DNA from: Candidatus Nomurabacteria bacterium
Lineage (GTDB): Bacteria; Patescibacteriota; Saccharimonadia; Saccharimonadales; CAIOMD01
Length of the DNA stretch: 64,000 bases
Assembly (NCBI GenBank): GCA_020631975.1
Contig: JACKGO010000003.1
Location: 106,973-170,972, forward strand
Direction of reading: 5' to 3'
The notes under the pieces are model-generated. The model was not told where the DNA came from. It saw nothing but the letters and a program-made list of their open reading frames with translations, and ran no database searches. The position numbers were made by a program, and so were the translations under genes. Positions 55,964-64,000 of this stretch are shown here, one piece after another. Positions within the stretch are counted from its first letter, which is position 1, and each line of letters opens with the position of its first letter.

Positions 55964-56197
55964 TTAAGAATCTGTCTTGGCGGAAGTGTTTCGTTTGGAA
56001 AACACAAAAATATAGAAGATTTCCAATAAGCCTGCTGTGTTTAATATGATAAGTGCTACAAACCATACTTTATCTTTTTGCCCAGCGGCTTTCCAAAGTG
56101 CAAATGCCTTCCAGGTAAGTGACCATATAGATAAAGCGATTAGCCAAACTAACTGCTGATTTGAAATTGATATTGTTTCCATACTATTAATATACAT
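55964..56197 (-). CDS. Small two-TM membrane protein (DUF5652-like)
   Basis: 77 aa with a WKAFALWKAAGQKDKVWF motif between two hydrophobic helices. Confidence 0.55.
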   Translation of the reverse strand: MYINSMETISISNQQLVWLIALSIWSLTWKAFALWKAAGQKDKVWFVALIILNTAGLLEIFYIFVFSKRNTSAKTDS

Positions 56198-56269
56198 TGT
56201 GTTACCTTATAAAAAAATATAATTAAGACATAACATATAAAAAACCCGGTGTAACACCGGATCTTTATT

Positions 56270-56346
56270 TGGTCGGGGATAAAGGACTCGAACCTTCGAC
56301 CTCGCGGTCCCAAACCGCGCGCGCTAGCCAACTGCGCCAATCCCCG
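56270..56346 (-). tRNA. tRNA-Pro (anticodon TGG), CCA encoded
   Basis: Reverse complement: acceptor CGGGGAT/ATCCCCG, anticodon stem CGCGG/CCGCG, loop TTTGGGA, T-arm GAAGG-TTCGAGT-CCTTT. 77 nt. Confidence 0.9.
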
Positions 56347-56402
56347 TAAAATAATTTTACTAGGGTAATTATACGCGTAAACAGATGAAAATAAAAGCCT
56401 GC

Positions 56403-57194
56403 TTACAGATAGTACTGAATACGTTCAATACTATCTGCCATAAGGCTACCTGGTGCCGTACCAATAAGTACTGCATTAAACTGAAGTTCTTTTTCTTTGG
56501 CCATTACATTCTTAACCTGTTCGCCCTTCCATCTACGCAGTGCGACATCAACGTCTACACCAAGTGAAGAATTGAGCACACCACACATACCTACGTCAGT
56601 AACGTGCGCTGTGTGCTTTGGTAGTAGCCGAGTATCGGCTGTTGGAATATGCCAATGATCGCCCACCGTAGCAGTAACTTTACCATCTAAGTAATGCCCC
56701 ATCATCACCTTTTCACTCGATAAATCACTATGGATATTTACAATAATGGCATCTGGCATATTTTTTTGAATTTTTGGTAAAAGTGCATCTATGCACATAA
56801 GTGGGTTAATAGTATCTTCATTGTATCCGCGCGGGAAAGTGTAGCCAAGTAACGAAACTATTGCCACCTTTTTTACCCCGTTTTTTATTATTTTATAGTT
56901 ATTTTCTAGTGGACCTTTTACATTCGCAGGTGCAACGACAGTACTGTTCGTGTCTTGTACGAGCTTTACAGTATCTGGACGCTCAAAACTATGGTTACCA
57001 CCACTAAAGCCATCTACGCCGCTTTCTTCTAGCTCTCTGTAATGTTTTAGGCTCATACCTTTACCGTGACTAACGTTTTCTGCTTGAGCAATCACTACAT
57101 CAATTTCACGAGATATCCTTAGCCCCGGCAAAACTTTTGCCAATGCTTTTCTACCGGGTTGCCCCATAACATCACCAATGTACAAGATGTTCAT
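56403..57194 (-). CDS. ymdB: YmdB-like metallophosphoesterase (2',3'-cyclic-nucleotide phosphodiesterase family)
   Basis: NILYIGDVMGQPGR, AQAENVSHGKG and GGNH motifs. It lies directly downstream of rny, as in Bacillus. Confidence 0.8.
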   Translation of the reverse strand: MNILYIGDVMGQPGRKALAKVLPGLRISREIDVVIAQAENVSHGKGMSLKHYRELEESGVDGFSGGNHSFERPDTVKLVQDTNSTVVAPANVKGPLENNYKIIKNGVKKVAIVSLLGYTFPRGYNEDTINPLMCIDALLPKIQKNMPDAIIVNIHSDLSSEKVMMGHYLDGKVTATVGDHWHIPTADTRLLPKHTAHVTDVGMCGVLNSSLGVDVDVALRRWKGEQVKNVMAKEKELQFNAVLIGTAPGSLMADSIERIQYYL

Positions 57195-57214
57195 GAAGCC
57201 TCCCTCCTGTGTTG

Positions 57215-58729
57215 TTATTTTGCGAATTCTATAGCACGAGTTTCGCGGATAACGTTAACCTTAATAGTCCCTGGGTACTGCATAGTTGACTCAATCTTTG
57301 TAGCGATATCTCGTGCTAGTTTAATAGCGCTTAAATCATCGACTGTATTTGGCTGTACAATGATTCTTATTTCGCGGCCAGCGCTGATGGCATATGCTTT
57401 ATCTATACCACTAAAGCTTGTTGCAACATTTTCTAGTTCACGCATACGCTCTGCAAAGTTTTCGGCACTAATATTTCTGGCACCTGGGCGTGCTGCACTT
57501 ATTGCGTCTACAACGCGTATGACAAGTGCTTCTACAGTAGTGGCTTCTATGTCATCATGGTGAGCTTCTATCGCATGTACGATGTCGTCTGGCACACCGT
57601 ATTTACGAGCCATTTCTGCAGAAATATGGTGGTGTTTGCCCTCTATTTTATGAGTAAGCGCTTTGCCCATATCGTGTAGGAGCGCAGCATATTTACAGAC
57701 ACGCACGTCTGCACCAATTTGTTCGGCAATAATACCAGCCATATGGGCCATTTCTGTAGAATGCTTTAATACATTTTGGCCAAAACTGGTTCGATACTTT
57801 AACTCACCAAGCAGCTGTAATAGTTCACGTGGTATGCCAACAACACCTACTTCTCTTGCGGCATCTTCACCAGCCCGAATGACTTCTTTATGAACGTGTT
57901 TTTGAGCTTTTTCTACCACTTCTTCTATACGGCCAGGATGAACACGCCCATCTTTAAGAAGCATTTCTAAAGCTACACGGGCTACTTCGCGGCGGATAGG
58001 GTCAAAACTGCTTAAAATAATCATGCCGGGTGTATCATCTACAAGTATATCTACGCCAGTGGCACGCTGTAAGGCTTGTATATTACGGCCTTCTTTACCT
58101 ATGATGCGACCTTTCATTTCTTCGTCTTCTAGCTTTACGGCGGTAACTGTTCGTTCTGCCGTCACGTCGCTTGCCATACGCTCCATGGCGCTTACAATAA
58201 TCATTCCAGCGGTTTCCTCTGCTAGATCTTTGGCGTCATTCTGAAGTTTAGCAATTAAACCGGCAAGATCATTTTTTATATCTCGCTCTGTCATTTGCAT
58301 GAGCTTATCGGCTGCTTCTTTTTTGGTGAGCTTAGCAACCTTTTCTAGCTTTTCTTGTTGCTTAACACGCAATTCTCTAATTTCATTTTTTAATGATTCT
58401 ACTTCGTCCTCATTATAGCGCAACTTTTCAGACCGCTTGTCTAACTCATCAAGCTTTTTATCTAGCGTAGTTTCTCTGTCTATTATGCGCGATTCTTTGT
58501 CTTTTAACTCTTTGCGTAGTTGCTGATCTGCTTTGCGTGCGTCTTCTGCTTTACGAGCAGCTTCTTCTTCTGCTTTACGCGTGATTGCTGCAGCTTCTTT
58601 ATTGGCTTTGGCAAGCTGTTTCTCTGCTTCGTTAGCTGCTGTACCTATTTTTCTTCGCGTTACTACCTGGCTGGCACCAAAACCAGCACCAGCCGCAATT
58701 ACGGCCAATAATAATCCTATTGGTTCCAT
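57215..58729 (-). CDS. rny: Ribonuclease Y
   Basis: N-terminal TM helix, a coiled-coil Lys/Glu-rich region, KH domain (GRIIGKEGRNI) and HD domain (LLHDMGK). The start is set at MEPIGLL, preceded by AAGGGAG. Confidence 0.92.
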   Translation of the reverse strand: MEPIGLLLAVIAAGAGFGASQVVTRRKIGTAANEAEKQLAKANKEAAAITRKAEEEAARKAEDARKADQQLRKELKDKESRIIDRETTLDKKLDELDKRSEKLRYNEDEVESLKNEIRELRVKQQEKLEKVAKLTKKEAADKLMQMTERDIKNDLAGLIAKLQNDAKDLAEETAGMIIVSAMERMASDVTAERTVTAVKLEDEEMKGRIIGKEGRNIQALQRATGVDILVDDTPGMIILSSFDPIRREVARVALEMLLKDGRVHPGRIEEVVEKAQKHVHKEVIRAGEDAAREVGVVGIPRELLQLLGELKYRTSFGQNVLKHSTEMAHMAGIIAEQIGADVRVCKYAALLHDMGKALTHKIEGKHHHISAEMARKYGVPDDIVHAIEAHHDDIEATTVEALVIRVVDAISAARPGARNISAENFAERMRELENVATSFSGIDKAYAISAGREIRIIVQPNTVDDLSAIKLARDIATKIESTMQYPGTIKVNVIRETRAIEFAK

Positions 58730-58897
58730 ATTCTCCCTTTCTGTTCGGCAGACCACCCCTACAAAAGCATCACTATCACATCATTAGCTTTTTTAGGATA
58801 ATCAAATTAATCAAGTAATCAAGTCTGGACATCACCTTCACTGTAGTGTGTATATCCTACGTACTATCATACTCCTGACACAAGTAAATAAACAAAC

Positions 58898-59287
58898 TTA
58901 TTTTTTTGGCTGAGTGATGTGTATATGGCCACCATAGTCTGGTAATACTGGGGTATATTGTTTAACTTTTTGCAATGCTACCAAGCCTTCCGTGAGCCAA
59001 TTTTCACCAGTAGTTCCGGCAATAGGAATATTAAGTGAATAGCCGAGAGTATTTACAACGGTAACGCCTATTCTAAGTCCGGTAAAACTGCCCGGACCTT
59101 TATAGACAATGAGCCCTTGTAACGATGACCAGTCTGCATCATTATTTACCAAAATAGTATGTATTTTAGTATGAATAGTATCAGCAAGTTGCCGATGCGC
59201 TTCCCATGTATACGATGCAACACAATTCGCGTGCTTGTATACATAAAGTTCTGCCTCTAGTTTGTCTGTACGAACAGCTAATATCAT
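58898..59287 (-). CDS. tsaB: TsaB-like t6A biosynthesis protein, short form of 129 aa
   Basis: GPGSFTGLRIGV motif. About half the length of E. coli TsaB. ATGA-type overlap with tsaE. Confidence 0.7.
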   Translation of the reverse strand: MILAVRTDKLEAELYVYKHANCVASYTWEAHRQLADTIHTKIHTILVNNDADWSSLQGLIVYKGPGSFTGLRIGVTVVNTLGYSLNIPIAGTTGENWLTEGLVALQKVKQYTPVLPDYGGHIHITQPKK

Positions 59288-59760
59288 GCCAGTTCCCTTA
59301 AAATATACTGTTTGTTCGTAGGTACATCTATGGTAAATAGCCGTTCGTGCTCTTTGGTGTGCTGAATCGTGATAGTTATGGTGTCTGTTGGTAGTACATC
59401 CTTAACAATATCTGACCATTCTACAATAGTCACCGTGCTTGGATCGCTAAAACCCTCTTGTAGCTCTATACCAACCACACCAGCGTCTTGCAACCGGTAA
59501 AAATCAAAATGACGAATCTTTAGATGAGCTGCTTGGTACTCTTTTGAAACAGTAAACGTAGGGCTTGCTACCACCGCCTTGCAACCAGTACCCGCAACAA
59601 TACTTTTTGTTAAAGTCGTTTTGCCACCACCAATATCACTCACGAGCTGAATAACCTCACCACCTTTTAATGAGCGACCAATTGCTCTACCGAGCTGTGC
59701 TGTGTGCTTTAAACTTGTAGAAAATATTTCTCGCTTCAAATCGGTACTCATACGCTGCAT
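59284..59760 (-). CDS. tsaE: tRNA t6A37 biosynthesis ATPase TsaE
   Basis: GGEVIQLVSDIGGGKTTLTK P-loop context and SPTFT motif. Confidence 0.85.
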   Translation of the reverse strand: MQRMSTDLKREIFSTSLKHTAQLGRAIGRSLKGGEVIQLVSDIGGGKTTLTKSIVAGTGCKAVVASPTFTVSKEYQAAHLKIRHFDFYRLQDAGVVGIELQEGFSDPSTVTIVEWSDIVKDVLPTDTITITIQHTKEHERLFTIDVPTNKQYILRELA

Positions 59761-61495
59761 AGCATACCGCGCCGAACCCTAACATCGCAAGCACCCATGT
59801 AGGTAACGGCTGTGGTGCGGGCGCCAAGGGCTTACTGTCTGTTCCTGCAACTATACCTGCCACCGAGGTTTTACTACTTTTTTTGGGGGCAGAAGCAGTA
59901 ATTATGTTTTTTTCGTTTTTTGTGACCGTTGATGTCCATTGCCACTTACCAAAATCGTCTCTTGCGTATGACTGACCGCTGATTGCTTTATCATATGTTA
60001 CTGTATCTATTTCTTTATCAAAATTATTTATAAGCTGCACTGTTGCTCCGCTGTTCGTTAACGACAATGACGTAGAATCAGACCCAACAACGATATAGCT
60101 TTGTGGCAAAATCACAGATCCTTCAGGAAAAGTGTAGGTATACTTACGGGTCGCTCCAGCACTAATTGTGTAATCAGTAATGTTTATCGCCGTCGGGTGT
60201 GGATTATACAATTCTATAAATTCATCTTTTGCATCGGTTTGAGGTGATTTTGGATCAGGAAATACTTCGTTAATTTGTATAGGAGGTGCAACTGAAAAGT
60301 TAGTTTTCTTTTTGGTTGTTTTTTTCGTACTCTTTTTCTTAGCTGCAGCGGCAGACGTCTTTTTGGTTTTAGCTTGTGCTGGAGGCGGTGGAATGATGAC
60401 ATTTGCCGAACCATTGGTTGGTGCAGTTGTCCACTGCCACGTTCCGACATTGTTTCTGGCCCAAGCTGCTCCAGGAACTGCTGCAGTATATTGCACGCTA
60501 TCTACGACAGTGCCCAGATCGTCTGCCAGCTGAACTGTGCCACCACTATTTGTTAATGCAATTGTAGTCGCCGCAGAGGTTATACTCAAATAGCCATTTG
60601 GGCCTATGATACTGCCACTCGGAAACGTATACTTATATTTTGTTGTCGTACCGGCGGTAATTGTATAGCCACTAATATCTACAGCAGTTTCATTATGGTT
60701 GGTGATTTCTACAAATTCATCTTTACTATCAGTTAACGGAGCTATAGGGTCAATAAATAACTCATTAATAAGTAGCGGTAAACGCATACGCGGCGCCGTA
60801 GCTGGTGGTTTCTGCTCCACAGGCACTAATGGTTCAATAGTATCTGTTTGACTATTATCTTGGGTATCTTCTGATGGCGATAGGCATGTCGCAGACAAAG
60901 GAGTTGGTAAGCCAATGAAATAGTCGTTAGCAACTGTATTTGTATCAATAAAATATTGTTCGGCGTCACATTTTCTTTGTGCAGACATTCCCCCTATTAA
61001 ACCGTTGAGAGTATTGTTATCTATAAAACTCATCGTGTTGACCCACGCTAGCTCGTCTACAACTATATCTGTTTGATTTTTTATCATAACGCTACCAGCA
61101 GTCGCCGCCAGTCCGCTTGACCCATAGCTATAGGTAAAATCCGCTAAAACATCTGGGAGGTAACTTTCTACGGTAAATTCGTTTTTACCAATCATATAGC
61201 TGCTAGGCAAAAGCAAAAATGGTTCTGTAAATGTATGTACTACGGTTTCTTTTCCTGTAGAGTTTTTGTAGACGACGCTCCACCCTAACATATTTACAGG
61301 TTCAGATAGTGGATTATATAGTTCAATAAATTCTTGTAGGGTGGTTCCTGTACCTTCCCCGTTCGTCTGTAGCTCAGTGATGATAACGTTGTTTTCTGTA
61401 GGTTTTGATTGTGGAGTATCTTCTGCGAAGGCTGTGCTGGATGTTGCAATGCATAGGGTTGTAGCTAATAGTAACGTCATTGCACGTTTTATCAT
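59687..61495 (-). CDS. Exported protein with three lamin-tail domains and a C-terminal TM anchor
   Basis: There are three LTD signatures: VIITELQTNG..EFIELYNP, LLINELFIDP..DEFVEITNH and IQINEVFPDP..DEFIELYNP. Lys-rich linker KKKSTKKTTKKK. The start is uncertain (61495 or 61480 rather than 61534); the signal peptide is MTLLLATTLCIATSSTAFA. Confidence 0.75.
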   Translation of the reverse strand: MIKRAMTLLLATTLCIATSSTAFAEDTPQSKPTENNVIITELQTNGEGTGTTLQEFIELYNPLSEPVNMLGWSVVYKNSTGKETVVHTFTEPFLLLPSSYMIGKNEFTVESYLPDVLADFTYSYGSSGLAATAGSVMIKNQTDIVVDELAWVNTMSFIDNNTLNGLIGGMSAQRKCDAEQYFIDTNTVANDYFIGLPTPLSATCLSPSEDTQDNSQTDTIEPLVPVEQKPPATAPRMRLPLLINELFIDPIAPLTDSKDEFVEITNHNETAVDISGYTITAGTTTKYKYTFPSGSIIGPNGYLSITSAATTIALTNSGGTVQLADDLGTVVDSVQYTAAVPGAAWARNNVGTWQWTTAPTNGSANVIIPPPPAQAKTKKTSAAAAKKKSTKKTTKKKTNFSVAPPIQINEVFPDPKSPQTDAKDEFIELYNPHPTAINITDYTISAGATRKYTYTFPEGSVILPQSYIVVGSDSTSLSLTNSGATVQLINNFDKEIDTVTYDKAISGQSYARDDFGKWQWTSTVTKNEKNIITASAPKKSSKTSVAGIVAGTDSKPLAPAPQPLPTWVLAMLGFGAVCYAAYEYRFEARNIFYKFKAHSTAR

Positions 61496-61556
61496 GAGCA
61501 CTATTGTACGATAGTAATTCGCTAACACAAGCATTTTTTATTACAATAAAGACAAT

Positions 61557-62111
61557 ATGTTATTTTTTGGTAGTAGTTTTAATGGTATGCCTCTTATGAG
61601 CCTACGTAGCGCAGCAAAAATTGGTACTATTACTGAACCTGTAATCAACCCACATAATTTACATATAGATGGCTTTTATGCCCAGGCGATGAATGGGCAG
61701 CGCGACGGCATCGTAGTAGATATTGACGTACGTGACCTTAGCCCAACAGGGATGATTATTGATGATCATGAAGACATTGCAGAACAAGAAGAACTCGTAC
61801 GCTTACAGCCTATTATTACTATCAACTTTAAATTGATAGGTAAAAATGTTTACGCTGGGTCTTCTAAAATTGGTAGAGTAGAAGATTACGTTGTAGATAC
61901 AAAAAGTTTATTTATTCAGAAACTATATGTACAACCGTCATTGCTAAAACTTACATCAAGCCAAATGATATTCGACAGACAAAGCATAAGAGAAGTTACT
62001 GATACAAAAATTGTCGTGTCTGGTCCAGAAGTAAAAGATACTCAAAAAGTAAGTAGCAGGTTTCAGGCTCCTTCTTTTAACTCGGCGAGTACTTCTACGA
62101 TATCTGAATAG
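61557..62111 (+). CDS. Hypothetical protein, possibly a tandem PRC-barrel
   Basis: 184 aa with two segments of similar pattern (IGTITEPVINPHNLHIDGFY and IGRVEDYVVDTKSLFIQKLY). The assignment is weak. Confidence 0.4.
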   Translation: MLFFGSSFNGMPLMSLRSAAKIGTITEPVINPHNLHIDGFYAQAMNGQRDGIVVDIDVRDLSPTGMIIDDHEDIAEQEELVRLQPIITINFKLIGKNVYAGSSKIGRVEDYVVDTKSLFIQKLYVQPSLLKLTSSQMIFDRQSIREVTDTKIVVSGPEVKDTQKVSSRFQAPSFNSASTSTISE

Positions 62112-62668
62112 TAAAAACCTTTGCCAGCTAAATACTGTTTAAGCTTATTTTCATCTGGATATTTTGTTTGTAAGCGCTTTAAAACTATTAAATTTTTAAG
62201 GCGAATTTTGGGTGTTACCTCTACTTGTAAATTTTTTGTAATTAGTTCGTCGTTAATGCCTTTTTGCTTTAGCTCAGTTTTAATACTAAGATTACTTTTG
62301 TTCTTACGAACTCTGTTTTCTATCCACCACTTAGTAAAATAATCATCGTCTTGGTATTTTTTTAAGGCAAATGTATGGCAGATAGAATCACTAAGTTCTT
62401 GGCTTGCACCTTTTTTATACAAATAATCACGTAATTCTTTTGAAGATCTTGGTCGGCTCAAACACCATTCTAGTGCCCTAGCTTGCACCTTGCCATCTTC
62501 AGAAAGCTTTCGTAAACGTTTTAACGCCAGCTCATCAACATTAACGCCAACTTTAAGCTTTTGTTCTAAAACTTGATCGATAGTTAATGATAGCTCATAC
62601 GTGCCATCTATAAAGATGTTCGCCCGTTGTGTATCTTTTTGTTGCAGAGTGATTTTCGTAATTACCAT
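62063..62668 (-). CDS. recX: RecX-family regulatory protein
   Basis: It lies immediately downstream of recA. Repeated helical modules are present, with the ALEWCLSRPRSSKELRDYL pattern. Confidence 0.7.
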   Translation of the reverse strand: MVITKITLQQKDTQRANIFIDGTYELSLTIDQVLEQKLKVGVNVDELALKRLRKLSEDGKVQARALEWCLSRPRSSKELRDYLYKKGASQELSDSICHTFALKKYQDDDYFTKWWIENRVRKNKSNLSIKTELKQKGINDELITKNLQVEVTPKIRLKNLIVLKRLQTKYPDENKLKQYLAGKGFYYSDIVEVLAELKEGA

Positions 62669-62671
62669 TTA

Positions 62672-63688
62672 CTACGCAAGAGCAACGTCTCGGACTTTTT
62701 TGTCAATTTCAGCAAGTACTTTAGGGTTGTCCATTAAGTATTGCTTTGCTGCTTCACGGCCTTGTCCAATCTTAGCATCCTTATATTCAAACCATGCACC
62801 ACTTTTACCAACGATATCATTGTGAACTGCTAAGTCTAGTGTTTCACCTTCTCTACTTATGCCAACGTTATACATAATGTCAAACTCAGCTTCCCTAAAA
62901 GGTGGAGCAACTTTATTTTTTACCACTTTCACTCTAACCCTGTTACCAATTACTGAGTCTGCGGTTTTAATCTGGCTAATGCGGCGTATATCCATACGCA
63001 CCGATGCGTAAAACTTTAGGGCGTTACCACCCGTAGTGGTTTCTGGGTTGCCAAACATAACACCTATCTTCATGCGAAGTTGGTTAATAAAAATGACGGT
63101 ACACTTGCTTTTATTAATAACCCCCGTCAGTTTGCGTAAAGCTTGGCTCATTAGGCGAGCTTGCAAACCCATGTGTGCATCACCCATATCACCTTCTATT
63201 TCTGCTTGTGGTACAAGAGCAGCAACTGAATCTACCACGATTAAGTCTACTGCGTTACTACGTACGAGTGTTTCAACGATTTCGAGTGCTTGTTCGCCAT
63301 TGTCTGGCTGTGAAATCAATAAATTAGCAACGTCTACACCAATTCTCTGCGCGTATGATGGGTCTAGTGCGTGCTCTGCATCAATAAATGCAGCTGTACC
63401 ACCTTGTTTTTGTATTTCTGCTACACCATGCAGTGTCAAAGTTGTTTTACCACTACTCTCTGGCCCATAGACTTCTATGATTCTACCTTTTGGAATTCCA
63501 CCGCCCAATGCTATATCTAGCCCTAAGCTACCAGTAGAAAATGTTGGTACATCAACCTTATAGTCAGCTCCAAGTTGCATAATTGAACCTTGACCAAATT
63601 GTTTTTTTATCTGTTCAACGGCGAGATCCAATGCCTGACTTTTGCCGCTCTGTGCTGTCGATTTTTCCTGCTCTTTTTTTGCAGCCAT
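62672..63688 (-). CDS. recA: Recombinase RecA
   Basis: GPESSGKTT Walker [10 protein letters not shown] and [10 protein letters not shown] motifs. The start is set at MAAKKEQ, with GGAGGG upstream. Confidence 0.97.
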   Translation of the reverse strand: MAAKKEQEKSTAQSGKSQALDLAVEQIKKQFGQGSIMQLGADYKVDVPTFSTGSLGLDIALGGGIPKGRIIEVYGPESSGKTTLTLHGVAEIQKQGGTAAFIDAEHALDPSYAQRIGVDVANLLISQPDNGEQALEIVETLVRSNAVDLIVVDSVAALVPQAEIEGDMGDAHMGLQARLMSQALRKLTGVINKSKCTVIFINQLRMKIGVMFGNPETTTGGNALKFYASVRMDIRRISQIKTADSVIGNRVRVKVVKNKVAPPFREAEFDIMYNVGISREGETLDLAVHNDIVGKSGAWFEYKDAKIGQGREAAKQYLMDNPKVLAEIDKKVRDVALA

Positions 63689-63847
63689 TATAGTAAGAAC
63701 CCTCCACGTGTTAGTAATACTACCTGCCATTATAGCAAAACCACCGGCGTATTACTTGCCTATATATAACTAGATACGATACCATAAGCGTAAGCATGAA
63801 AACAAATATTCGCATATGTTGCTATCTTGTTACTCACGGAGAATTCA

Positions 63848-64000
63848 ATGAGAGTATCTGATAAATTAGTTGAAGATCTGCTCGCAAAAAGTGAAAAGGT
63901 AACACCTGATCAAATTGCCTCCCTAAAAGAACAAGAAAAAAATGAGCACAAACCACTGCAAGATATTGTTTTACAAGCTAATCTTATTTCAGAAAAAGAT
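63848..64000 (+). CDS. N-terminus of a PilB/GspE-type type IV pilus/secretion ATPase; partial
   Basis: Own translation: MRVSDKLVEDLLAKSEKVTPDQIASLKEQEKNEHKPLQDIVLQANLISEKD. This resembles the T2SSE N-terminal domain. GGAG lies upstream, and the ORF runs off the window. Confidence 0.5.
   Translation, partial: MRVSDKLVEDLLAKSEKVTPDQIASLKEQEKNEHKPLQDIVLQANLISEKD

Noticed and set aside
58800-58830. AATCAAATTAATCAAGTAATCAAG, three short direct repeats upstream of rny.
   Set aside because: The repeats are very short and AT-rich, with no second occurrence. The evidence for a regulatory site is insufficient.

Overview
This is a gene-dense, AT-rich window. By eye most 60-nt lines are about 30-45% GC. 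About 65 protein genes, 9 tRNA genes and no rRNA or CRISPR array are visible.

Gene content:
- A lower-glycolysis supercluster: tpiA, pgk, pyk, ppsA, an ldh-gpm fusion and eno.
- Peptidoglycan genes: murD, murB, an HTH-murA fusion and a PBP5-type carboxypeptidase.
- C1 metabolism (folD, glyA), rny-ymdB, tsaB/tsaE, recA/recX and the start of a pilB-like ATPase.
- Sortase-type surface proteins, a triple lamin-tail-domain protein, and a csoR-copB copper module.

This mix, together with very short intergenic regions, ATGA/TAATG gene overlaps and small conserved membrane proteins, fits a small-genome Gram-positive-type CPR/Patescibacteria organism, probably Saccharibacteria-like. That placement is inference and is not verifiable here.

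Most unusual observations:
1. Four tRNA loci (Glu, Lys, Arg-TCT, His) carry extra partial tRNA copies. Three of them are bounded by a shared family of hairpin-rich non-coding segments, including an intact tRNA-Glu nested between perfect copies of its own 5' and 3' ends. No integrase is present in the window.
2. A 1.5-kb segment is bounded by imperfect inverted repeats and carries a strongly GC-rich secreted-protein gene. It sits inside a surface-protein cluster and looks like foreign, possibly host-derived, DNA.
3. There are unusual gene fusions and couplings: D-2-hydroxyacid dehydrogenase with dPGM, XRE-HTH with MurA, and murD with a PP-loop protein.

Several ORF-track starts were moved to internal ATGs on the basis of RBS, promoter or neighbouring-gene evidence.
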